Assembly: GCA_041690395.1 (NCBI GenBank)
Contig: JAWLHJ010000003.1
Coordinates: 160,001 to 224,000 of the forward strand
Source: Longimicrobiales bacterium
GTDB taxonomy: Bacteria; Gemmatimonadota; Gemmatimonadetes; Longimicrobiales; Gaopeijiaceae
Direction of reading: 5' to 3'
Length of the DNA stretch: 64,000 nucleotides
How positions within the stretch are numbered: position 1 is the first letter of the stretch; every line of letters starts with the position of its first letter. Below the pieces are notes generated by a model, which worked only from the letters and a program-made list of their open reading frames with translations, had not been told where the DNA came from and did not search any database. Made by a program: the position numbers and the translations under genes. Of the stretch, positions 56,385 to 64,000 are shown one piece after another.

Positions 56385-57404
56385 CTATGGCTTGAACGGC
56401 TTCGCGTCCCGCAGGTCCGGGCCGCTCAGAGCGCTCGGATCCTCGGCGGAAGCCGTCCGAAGTGACGGCGACTGGTGCCGGCGGTCGACCACGTACTTCG
56501 ACCCCGGGAGGGACTTCGCGTAGGCCTTCATCTCGGCCGCGAGCTCGCTGATCTGCCCGGTGTGCTCGAACCGCTGGAACTGGTTCGTGACCACGCCGAT
56601 CGAAAGCGCCATCAAAGGTATCCGGTGGACATTGCCCCTGCGGTCCTTGCCGAGGAAGTATCCGGCCCTCCGGTCGTCCTCCGTGTACTGGTACGGGATC
56701 AACTCATCGAAGACGCGCACGATCTCGTCGCAGGTGGCCTCCAGGTGCTCGACCCGGAGGTTGAAGATGAAGTCGTCGCCGCCAATGTGCCCAACGAAGC
56801 CGCCGGGCGCGAGGCCTCGGACACAGTCGCGCAGCATCTTGGACAGCAGACGAATCACGCGGTCGCCGTTGGCGTAGCCGTACCGGTCGTTGAATTCCTT
56901 GAAGTGGTCGAGGTCCGCGTAGCACACCGCGAAGTCCTGATTCAGCTCCAGGCGGGCCTGCATGTCGCGCGCGATATGGTTGGTGCCGGGGAGGCGCGTG
57001 GTCGGGTGGACGGATACGTCCCGGTCGGCCCGGTGCAGGACCTGCTCGAGCCGGAGGCGCTTCTCCCGTCCCGGCAGACCGTGGCGAACCACCTCGTCCA
57101 CGCCGGCTTCGAGGAGATCGGAGGAGCGATCCTCGGCATCGGCGTCGAGCAGGACGATCACCGGCACGATCGCCGTGAACGGGTCTTCCTTGATGGCCTG
57201 CGCCAGGCCCACGACCTCGGGGCTCGCCCCGCCTTCTTCGAAGATCACGCAGCCCGGATACGTCCGGTTCAGCACCGCGCGCAGGTCGTCCGGCCGGTGG
57301 ACCCGCAGGATCTCCAGCCCGAAATCCCGGGCGAAGTCACGCACGAGCTCGGTCGGCTCGGCATGCTCGGGTCCGAAATGAAGGATCGTCTTGTCGGAAG
57401 CCAT
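56385..57404 (-). CDS. Degenerate receiver plus GGDEF-family (GGDDF) dinucleotide cyclase
   Basis: HPTTRLPG, YADLDHFKEFNDRYGYANGD, FVGHIGGDDF, LSIGVV. Confidence 0.9.
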   Translation of the reverse strand: MASDKTILHFGPEHAEPTELVRDFARDFGLEILRVHRPDDLRAVLNRTYPGCVIFEEGGASPEVVGLAQAIKEDPFTAIVPVIVLLDADAEDRSSDLLEAGVDEVVRHGLPGREKRLRLEQVLHRADRDVSVHPTTRLPGTNHIARDMQARLELNQDFAVCYADLDHFKEFNDRYGYANGDRVIRLLSKMLRDCVRGLAPGGFVGHIGGDDFIFNLRVEHLEATCDEIVRVFDELIPYQYTEDDRRAGYFLGKDRRGNVHRIPLMALSIGVVTNQFQRFEHTGQISELAAEMKAYAKSLPGSKYVVDRRHQSPSLRTASAEDPSALSGPDLRDAKPFKP

Positions 57405-57437
57405 GAAACCTCGGGTAGGGCCGGCGATCGGAGCACG

Positions 57438-57467
57438 AGGTTACCGCGCCCCGGAGCCCGGTGTCAA
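57438..57467 (-). promoter_or_regulatory. sigma70-type promoter for the GGDDF gene, overlapping the rnr stop
   Basis: TTGACA-N18-TAACCT. Confidence 0.6.
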
Positions 57468-59590
57468 TCGCTCCGCGGGAGCGCCTTGACGGGAACGAAG
57501 TCGATATGACGCGCTTCCTTGTCCACGCGCGACACCTGCACCTCGAGTCGGTCGCCGATACGGTACCTGCGGCCCTTCTTCTCGCCCACGAGCGCGTACG
57601 CCTTCTCGTCGAAGCGATAGTAGTCGTCGGAGAGCCCGCTGACATGCACGAGACCGTCGACGAAGTACTCCTCCAACGTCACGAAAAATCCGAAGGCGGT
57701 GACCCCGGAGATGCGTCCCGCGAACGTCTCGCCCAGGTGCCGCTCCATGAACTCCACCTTCTTCATGGCGACCGAAGCGCGCTCGGCTTCCTCCGCCGCT
57801 CGCTCCCGAGCGCTCGAACGCTCCGCCGCCGCCTCCAGGCGATCCGCGTCCATGCCCGCGGACGGGCCGTCCAGGAACGTCTGGGCGACCGCGCGATGCA
57901 CGACGAGATCGGGATATCGTCGAATCGGCGAGGTGAAGTGCAGGTACGCCTCCGACGCCAAGCCGAAATGGCCGAGGTTCTCCGGATCGTAGCGGGCTTT
58001 GGTCAGGCTGCGCAGGACCGACATGGAGACGAGCGTCTCTTCGGGCCGTCCGCGCACCGCCTCCAGGAGGCGCTGGGCGTCCCGCGGACGCAGCTTCTTC
58101 CGCTTGGGCACGTTGAGCCCGAACCGCTCGAGGAGCTCGCTCAGCTCCTCGACCTTCTCACGGCTCGGCGGCTCGTGCACGCGGAAGAGAGCCGGCGCCG
58201 AGCGGACCTCCATGTCGGTGGCCACGACCTCGTTGGCCAGGATCATGAAGTCCTCCACCAGTCGATGGCTGGCGGTACGCTCGCGCATCTTGATGTCGGT
58301 CGGGACGCCATCGTCGTCGAGGATCACCTTGGCCTCGGGAAGGTCGAGGTCCAGGCTTCCCCGGTCCGAACGGCGCGCCCTGACCGCCCGGGCGTGATCA
58401 TCCAACAGGCGCAGCGCATCATCGACCTCCGGGTCGATCGAGGCTCCCCCGTCGAGCACGGCCTGCGCTTCCTCGTAGGAGAGACCGCTGCGGCAGCGGA
58501 TGGTCGTCCGCTCGTATCGCCGATCCTGGATCCCGCCATCGGGCGTGAGCGTGATGTAGACCGACATCGCGAAGCGGTCCACGCCCGGGTTGAGGGAACA
58601 GACGTCGTTCGAGAGCTGCGGAGGGAGCATCGGTACGGTGCGGTCGACGAGGTACACGCTCGTGGCCCGTTCGTAGGCCTCTGCGTCCACGGTCGAGTCG
58701 CGCCTGACGAAGTGCGCCACGTCGGCGATGTGCACGCCGACCTCGACCCATCCGCGGTCCGTGCGCGTGACCGACAGGGCGTCGTCGTGGTCCTTGGCGT
58801 CCGCCGGGTCGATCGTGAAGCAGAGCAGGTCGGTCCGGTCCACACGGCCCGGACCCGGATCGGCCAGGCCTTCGCGCGCGGCCGCCTCGGCGGCCTCGAG
58901 GACGGCCTTCGGGAAGTCCAGGCTCACGCCGAACCCGTGTGCCACCGCCAGCACGTCCACGCCGGGATCGGAGAGTGGACCCAACACCTCTTCCACCGCA
59001 CCGGTCGGCCCGACCCGCCCCTCGCCGTAGGTGAGGATGCGGACCACCACGACGTCGCCCTCCGCCGCGCGCGCGTCCTCGTCGGGCGCGATCACGATGT
59101 CCTTGTTCAACCTGATATCGAGCGGCGTCACGTACGTGAGCTTCTTCCCTCGATGCAGCGTGCCCACGACGGTCTCCCGCGCCCGCTCGAGCACGCGGAT
59201 CACCCGGCCCTCACGGTTCCGACCGCGCGGCTTACGCTCGATCCTGACGGCGACGCGGTCGCCGTCCATCGCGGTGTCGAGCCAGGATCCGGGAACGAAC
59301 ACGTCCTCACCGCCGTCGCCCGGACGCACGAAGCCGTCGCCCTTCCGGGTCAGTGACAGCGTGCCGGACACGACGTCGATGTGGGACGGAAGCGCGTACC
59401 GATTCCCGCGCGTGCGGATCACCTTCCCCGCTCGTTCGAGTCCCGCGAGCATGCGCTTGAAGCCACGGTAGTCGTGCGTCGGGACTCCGAGGCGCTTCGC
59501 GAGCTCCTTCGGCTTGGCCGGTCGCCCGAACCGCGACAGGGCATCGAGCACGTCGGGCTTCTCCCGCCCGTCCTTGTCTTTCTTGCTCAC
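57464..59590 (-). CDS. rnr: Ribonuclease R
   Basis: HTH plus CSD, FTIDPADAKDHDDA, VHIADV, LVEDFMILANE, HFTSPIRRYPDL, S1 domain. Confidence 0.96.
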   Translation of the reverse strand: MSKKDKDGREKPDVLDALSRFGRPAKPKELAKRLGVPTHDYRGFKRMLAGLERAGKVIRTRGNRYALPSHIDVVSGTLSLTRKGDGFVRPGDGGEDVFVPGSWLDTAMDGDRVAVRIERKPRGRNREGRVIRVLERARETVVGTLHRGKKLTYVTPLDIRLNKDIVIAPDEDARAAEGDVVVVRILTYGEGRVGPTGAVEEVLGPLSDPGVDVLAVAHGFGVSLDFPKAVLEAAEAAAREGLADPGPGRVDRTDLLCFTIDPADAKDHDDALSVTRTDRGWVEVGVHIADVAHFVRRDSTVDAEAYERATSVYLVDRTVPMLPPQLSNDVCSLNPGVDRFAMSVYITLTPDGGIQDRRYERTTIRCRSGLSYEEAQAVLDGGASIDPEVDDALRLLDDHARAVRARRSDRGSLDLDLPEAKVILDDDGVPTDIKMRERTASHRLVEDFMILANEVVATDMEVRSAPALFRVHEPPSREKVEELSELLERFGLNVPKRKKLRPRDAQRLLEAVRGRPEETLVSMSVLRSLTKARYDPENLGHFGLASEAYLHFTSPIRRYPDLVVHRAVAQTFLDGPSAGMDADRLEAAAERSSARERAAEEAERASVAMKKVEFMERHLGETFAGRISGVTAFGFFVTLEEYFVDGLVHVSGLSDDYYRFDEKAYALVGEKKGRRYRIGDRLEVQVSRVDKEARHIDFVPVKALPRSD

Positions 59591-59619
59591 GCTCGCCCTT
59601 TCCCTGTTGTGGTTGTCCC

Positions 59620-60456
59620 TCAGCGGAGGGGTGTCCAGCGGACGGTGAATCGCAGGCCGCCCGCGCCCATCTCCGGGGCGGGCGCGACCTCGACCGCGAG
59701 TCCTCTGGCGGCGACGTACGCGTCGACGGCCGATACCAGATGGTTCGCGATCACTGCGCCGAACACCACGGTGGCCTGCCGGAAACGCTCGTCACTCTCA
59801 CGGATGAGCCCGTCGTACTGCTCGAGTGCCTCGGCATCGCCGGACCAATCCCACCGGAAGGCGTCGCCGTAGGCGTTCGCCGAATAGTAGTCGACGGCGG
59901 CCTGGTACGCCGGATCGGACGGTCCCTGCCCCGACATCACCGAATAGATGCCTCGAGCACGCTGCCACACGGAGCCGTTGAAGGTCGTAGGGTCCGGTTC
60001 CGGCTGCAGCCCCGGAGCTCCCGGATCCGCATCGAACCGGCCCGATCGCCCCCAGGACGCCATACGCTCGTAGAACTCGAAGTCGCCGTCCACCCGGGGT
60101 CCGTCGCGGAGCCGGGCCACTTCCCAGGCCAGATCCCGGTAGCGGTCCCGGGACCGTCCGCCGGCGGCCCTCCGGTCGGCGTAAACGACCCACGCGAGGG
60201 CTTCGATCGCCAGATAGGCCCAGCCGCGGCGCTGGTCGAGAGCCAGCTGGCCAGCCCCGGGGACGAGCGCCGACAGGGCCGCGGGACCGAGTGGATTGCC
60301 GGACCCGAAGGCCGAAGGAGCGCCCTGCTCGAGCCCGCCATTGGAGATCGACTGCGCCGCGGTCGGCGCCGGCCCGCCTGCGACCTCCACGAACAGAACG
60401 AGCAGGACGAGCATCACCGTCGTGAGCGACGACCCGGCGACCGGGCGGTCCGTCAA
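59620..60456 (-). CDS. Hypothetical exported/outer-membrane protein
   Basis: Signal-like N-terminus, SALVPGAGQL motif, ANHLVSAVDAY, terminal amphipathic beta strand LRFTVRW; TTGA overlap with the upstream gene. Confidence 0.7.
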   Translation of the reverse strand: MTDRPVAGSSLTTVMLVLLVLFVEVAGGPAPTAAQSISNGGLEQGAPSAFGSGNPLGPAALSALVPGAGQLALDQRRGWAYLAIEALAWVVYADRRAAGGRSRDRYRDLAWEVARLRDGPRVDGDFEFYERMASWGRSGRFDADPGAPGLQPEPDPTTFNGSVWQRARGIYSVMSGQGPSDPAYQAAVDYYSANAYGDAFRWDWSGDAEALEQYDGLIRESDERFRQATVVFGAVIANHLVSAVDAYVAARGLAVEVAPAPEMGAGGLRFTVRWTPLR

Positions 60457-61448
60457 AAGACGATCGAGAACGTCACGTGCACCGGCTCGGTCTCACCTGT
60501 GAGGCTCGAGACGGCGAGGGACTTCGCGATCGAGAGCTCGAAACGCTCGTAACGGAGCCCGAGGCCCACACGCGTGCCGTCTTCCTGGTCGATCTCGGAT
60601 ATCACGTATCCGGCGCGCAGCGCGATGGCGTCGGTGCGCCCGGCCGTGAACTCCGACCCGACGTATACGGAAGGCGACCCGGGATCGCGGAGCCGGTCTT
60701 CGAGCTCGAGGCCGAGCCACCCCGATATCGCCTCACCTTCGGTGACGGACCCGAGGATGTCGTAGGCCGCGGCCACGCGCATCCGGGCCGGAAGCGGATC
60801 GGCCTGTTCCGCGTTGCGAACCTGGAGGTCCGGCCCGACGTGCGCGACCATGGCACCTACCCGGAGACGCTCGATCGGACGTGCCTGAAAGCCGGCGTCG
60901 ACCGCCCAGGTGGTGGCCGCGGTCCCCGCGTCCGGGCAGATGCCTCGGCAGGAGAGACGGAACTGGATCAGCTTGAGGCTCACGCCCGCGCTCACCCGAT
61001 CGGAGAGCCGCGACGCCGCCGAGACGACGCCCAGATGGTTCCGGATCGTGATCGTCCCCGTGTAGTTCCCGTTCTCGTCCCGTTGGTCGAGCTCCCCGGC
61101 GTCGAGGAGGAAGTAGGAGACTCCGAGTGCGCCCAGCGAGGGGCCGCCCCAGACACCCGAGACCGCCGTGGCCGTCCCCGCCACGTGGTCGCCCCGGAAG
61201 AGGACCAGCTGGTTGTCGTCGACGCCAGCGAGCCCGGCGGGATTCCAGAACGCCGCCTCGGCGCCCTCGTGGGCCGTGACCACGCGCCCGAGCGACACGG
61301 CTCTCGCGCCAACCGGCAGGAGGAGGAAGAGCGCCCCTTCCGCGCCGCTGCTCCCGGGCGAGGACTGGGCGATGGCCGGAGCCGGCGCGACGTAGCCGAC
61401 GGTCAGGAGCACGAGGGCACAGACCGTGAAGACCTGCCTCATCGTCAT
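60453..61448 (-). CDS. PorV/PorQ-like outer membrane beta-barrel
   Basis: GALFLLLPVGARAVSLG...AAFWNPAGLA N-terminal motif, alternating beta strands, ALRAGY, terminal F. Confidence 0.82.
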   Translation of the reverse strand: MTMRQVFTVCALVLLTVGYVAPAPAIAQSSPGSSGAEGALFLLLPVGARAVSLGRVVTAHEGAEAAFWNPAGLAGVDDNQLVLFRGDHVAGTATAVSGVWGGPSLGALGVSYFLLDAGELDQRDENGNYTGTITIRNHLGVVSAASRLSDRVSAGVSLKLIQFRLSCRGICPDAGTAATTWAVDAGFQARPIERLRVGAMVAHVGPDLQVRNAEQADPLPARMRVAAAYDILGSVTEGEAISGWLGLELEDRLRDPGSPSVYVGSEFTAGRTDAIALRAGYVISEIDQEDGTRVGLGLRYERFELSIAKSLAVSSLTGETEPVHVTFSIVF

Positions 61449-62374
61449 GGTCCATCCTCCTCGTCGGGAACCTTGAAGCCGAGAGCGCCGAGGACCGAGC
61501 GATCCTTTCGCCACGACTTGAGGGGCTTCACCCACAGATCCAGGTACACGCTCCGCCCGAGAAAGTGCTCGATCTTTGCCCGTGACCGAGCGCCGAGCTC
61601 ACGGATCGCGGCGCCCGCCTTCCCGATCAGGATTCCCTTCTGTGACTTCCGCTCGACATGGATGTCCACTTGGATGTAGACGGGCTCCTGTCCTTCCCTG
61701 AACTCGCCCACGCGGCACACTGCCGAATAAGGGATCTCCTCGTGGTAGAGCTCGAAGATCGTCTCCCGAATGAGCTCCTCGACGAAGAAGCGCACCGGTT
61801 GCGACGCGATGTCGTCCTCGGGATAAAGGAACGGGCTCTCCGGCACGTCCTGCTCGAGCGCGGATACGAGCTCGTCGACGCCGTCGCCCGTGAGCGCAGA
61901 CACCCGGTGCACCCGCGCTGTCGCCCAGTGGGCGTCGATCCACCGACTCCAGGCTTCCACCGGTCCCGAGTCGGCCTCGTCGACTTTGTTGAGCGCGACG
62001 TGCAGCGGAGCGCGAATCCCTTCGAGGGCCCCCAGGAGCTTCCGCTCGTCCTTCTCTGATGGGGAGTGGGTCGCGTCGATCACCACCAGGACGACGTCGG
62101 CCTCGGCAAGCGCGGTCATCGCGGCCCCCAGCATGGACTTCTGCAGGAGGTCGCGTGCTTCGAGCAGCCCGGGCGTATCGAGAAACACCATCTGGGTGCT
62201 TTCGGTCGTCAGGATGCCCGTCACGCGCTCCCAGGTCGTCTGGGCCTTCGGCGTGACGATCGACAGGTGCTCCCCGATGAATGCGTTCATCAGGGTCGAC
62301 TTACCTGCGTTCGGGCGGCCCACGAGGGTCACGTAACCCGCTCGGGTCGGGGCGTCTGGCTCGGTCACGTTCAC
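61445..62374 (-). CDS. era: GTPase Era
   Basis: GRPNAGKST, KAQTT, DTPG, NKVD, EEIPY, SQKGILIGKAG, YLDLWVK. Confidence 0.97.
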   Translation of the reverse strand: MNVTEPDAPTRAGYVTLVGRPNAGKSTLMNAFIGEHLSIVTPKAQTTWERVTGILTTESTQMVFLDTPGLLEARDLLQKSMLGAAMTALAEADVVLVVIDATHSPSEKDERKLLGALEGIRAPLHVALNKVDEADSGPVEAWSRWIDAHWATARVHRVSALTGDGVDELVSALEQDVPESPFLYPEDDIASQPVRFFVEELIRETIFELYHEEIPYSAVCRVGEFREGQEPVYIQVDIHVERKSQKGILIGKAGAAIRELGARSRAKIEHFLGRSVYLDLWVKPLKSWRKDRSVLGALGFKVPDEEDGP

Positions 62375-62452
62375 AGCTGGTCGCAGGGAGTTGGTGCCCC
62401 GGGCCGGGCGGGCCCGGAGGCCCGTCGCTTGGCGCCGACGTCGGGGCGGGTC

Positions 62453-62481
62453 AAGTTACCCTCCGGCATGCACGGTGCCAA
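62453..62481 (-). promoter_or_regulatory. sigma70-type promoter for era
   Basis: TTGGCA-N17-TAACTT. Confidence 0.6.
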
Positions 62482-62517
62482 CGCCTCATCCATCCCCGAC
62501 CGGAGCCCCCTCTCGCC

Positions 62518-63306
62518 ATGCAGCTTCCCTACTCCGTGAGGACCGCCGGTCAGCGCATCCTGGGGAACGTCCGGGTCCGGGTCCGCTCCGGAATCAACCA
62601 GGGGCTCCGATGGAGCCTCGTGAGCACCGGGCGTGGGTACGGGTCGGGGGCGTTCGGCAGGGCACGGCTCGAGGTCGCCGAGGCACTCCTCGCCCCCGGC
62701 GACTGCGTCCTCGATCTCGGCGCTCACAAGGGATTCATGAGCCTCGCCGCCTCACGCCTCGTAGGTCCCGACGGGGTCGTCGTCGCCGTCGAGCCCGGGG
62801 CCACCAACCTCTGGTTCCTCCGCAAGCACATCTCCTGGAACCGAGCCGACAACGTGCGCATCGTCCGCGCGGCGGTCGGATCCGAGGCAGGCACCGTCTC
62901 GTTCGGCGGTCGCGGGGACTCGCTGGCGTATCAAGTGGGGGTCGGCGACGAGGAGGTCCCCCTCATGGCGATCCCCGACATCCTGCGGCAAGCCGATGCG
63001 CCGCTTCCGAGCCTGATCAAGATGGACATCGAAGGCCAGGAGCTCGCCGCGCTCGAGGGCGCCGGCCATGCTCTCTCCCCCACGGTCGCGCTGATCATCA
63101 GCGTGCACAGCCGCGAGCTCTACGATGCCTGCGCCGCGCTACTCACGGACCGTGGCTTCAACCTGTTTCCCAGCTGGGAGATAGCCCTCCGCCTCTCAGG
63201 TGCAGTCGAGACGTGGGGCGGCGACGATGACCTGGTCGCGATCGGCCCCGAGCGCGACTTCGATCGGGAGCGGCTCGAGAGCCTGTCGTTGTTCACGGAG
63301 CCGTAG
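62518..63306 (+). CDS. FkbM family methyltransferase
   Basis: VLDLGAHKG, VVAVEP, AAVG, LIKMDIEGQELAALEG. Confidence 0.9.
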   Translation: MQLPYSVRTAGQRILGNVRVRVRSGINQGLRWSLVSTGRGYGSGAFGRARLEVAEALLAPGDCVLDLGAHKGFMSLAASRLVGPDGVVVAVEPGATNLWFLRKHISWNRADNVRIVRAAVGSEAGTVSFGGRGDSLAYQVGVGDEEVPLMAIPDILRQADAPLPSLIKMDIEGQELAALEGAGHALSPTVALIISVHSRELYDACAALLTDRGFNLFPSWEIALRLSGAVETWGGDDDLVAIGPERDFDRERLESLSLFTEP

Positions 63307-63396
63307 CCAGCCGCGCCAGAAGCGCGTCGCGACCCGTAGCCCACCCTGCCCGACGCCTTCCCGGACGGGGCCCGGTGCCTTCCGCACTGCATTCGA

Positions 63397-63421
63397 AAGT
63401 CGTTCGAAAGTCGAACGACTT
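63397..63421. repeat. REP-like palindrome, copy 1
   Basis: AAGTCGTTCGA-AAG-TCGAACGACTT, perfect 11-bp stem. Confidence 0.7.
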
Positions 63422-63510
63422 CGAGAGGCGCTCCCGGGGTGACCCTCCGCGCGTACATCGGCGCCACACCTGCTCTTCCGACGCCAAGGTCATTCGAGCC
63501 GTGCCGGATG

Positions 63511-63535
63511 AACTCGTTCGAAGATCGAACGAGTT
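63511..63535. repeat. REP-like palindrome, copy 2
   Basis: AACTCGTTCGA-AGA-TCGAACGAGTT, perfect 11-bp stem with a compensatory change versus copy 1. Confidence 0.7.
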
Positions 63536-63565
63536 GCGATGTCGCGAAACGTCGCAGCCCCCCTG

Positions 63566-63688
63566 GCGGCGTTCAAATCGGCTGCGAGGCTAGGAGCGCA
63601 AGGCGATCGAACGAGACGTAGCACACGCTACGTCGCAGTGAGCGAGTCCGCAGCCGCGACGACGCCCCCGCGCCGATTTCAACGCCGC
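63566..63688. repeat. Palindromic element related to the mcsA/mcsB insertion
   Basis: 17-bp inverted repeats (16/17) around a core AGGCG..ACGAGACGTAGCACACGCTACGTCG..GCAGCCGC similar to 49943-49996. Confidence 0.65.
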
Positions 63689-63693
63689 ACCCA

Positions 63694-63732
63694 CAAAAAA
63701 AGGGCCCGCCTGGCTGAACCAGACGGGCCCTT
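63694..63732 (-). terminator. rRNA operon intrinsic terminator
   Basis: GGGCCCG.CTGG...CCAG.CGGGCCC stem followed by T7 on the minus strand just past the 5S gene. Confidence 0.85.
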
Positions 63733-63740
63733 CATAAGAA

Positions 63741-63858
63741 TGCCGGCGACGACGTACTCTCCCACCGGGCGGCCCCGGCAGTACCATCCGCGCTGCAGAG
63801 CTTAACGGTCGTGTTCGAGATGGGAACGAGTGTGACCTCTGCGCAATAGTCACCGACA
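63741..63858 (-). rRNA. rrf: 5S ribosomal RNA
   Basis: Minus strand TGTCGGTGACTATTGCGCAGAGGTCACACTCGTTCCCATCTCGAACACGACCGTTAAGCTCTGCAGCGCGGATGGTACT...GGGAGAGTACGTCGTCGCCGGCA. Confidence 0.96.
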
Positions 63859-63985
63859 AATTCTAGCGAGCCGTTCGAGACGGCACCGCGATAGAACTTG
63901 AGGTCGAGAGTGTGAGAGCCTTGCCGTAACGGCCGTCCATCTCCGAAGAGATGCGACCATTGATGAGATGGCAGGCGGGAGGAGA

Positions 63986-64000
63986 AGCTAGTCAAGCCTC
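63986..64000 (-). rRNA. rrl: 3' tip of 23S rRNA (partial)
   Basis: Minus strand GAGGCTTGACT at the window edge about 125 nt upstream of 5S, matching the usual 23S 3' terminus; only about 15 nt visible. Confidence 0.6.

Noticed and set aside
63397..63535. LexA SOS boxes
   Set aside because: Half-sites are arranged GTTCG-N5-CGAAC, the reverse of the Gram-positive CGAAC-N4-GTTCG box, and lie between convergent 3' ends rather than at a promoter

Overview
A GC-rich bacterial chromosome segment made almost entirely of core genes. Gene order (lolE-lolD-mcsA-mcsB-clpC-bamA-skp-lpxD-lpxC/fabZ-lpxA, bshC, PadR plus orphan permease, DUF1592/DUF1552) suggests Gemmatimonadota; this is an inference. From about 21.9 kb to 62.4 kb every gene I could call is on the minus strand, co-oriented with an rRNA operon whose 23S 3' tip and 5S lie at the right edge. 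Minus-strand content, right to left: era, PorV-like barrel, rnr, GGDDF protein, Zn-ribbon protein, frameshifted prfB, lysS, Lol/Mcs/ClpC/Bam/lipid A super-operon, rlmH, bshC, murJ, uvrC, tRNA-Gly(CCC), and a DUF1592-DUF1552-ankyrin cluster; further left, DUF512-der-plsY-gpsA-MerR-surE-pcm-DedA. Best leads: (1) a 165-bp CTAG-bounded palindromic MITE-like element inserted exactly between the mcsA stop and the mcsB start, with a relative sharing its core next to the 5S gene; (2) a sigma54 module with a pseudo-receiver activator, an NtrC-like enhancer, a TPR protein and a lipoprotein; (3) two convergent paralogous secreted proteins sharing an unnamed domain, one ending in a TonB plug with no barrel; (4) the uncharacterised dihaem DUF1592 / Tat DUF1552 / ankyrin trio; (5) a 44-aa membrane ORF missed by the ORF track and a GnnA-like gene between lpxA and lpxB. 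No CRISPR array, prophage, integrase or transposase was found. All family calls come from motif recognition by eye, not database searches.
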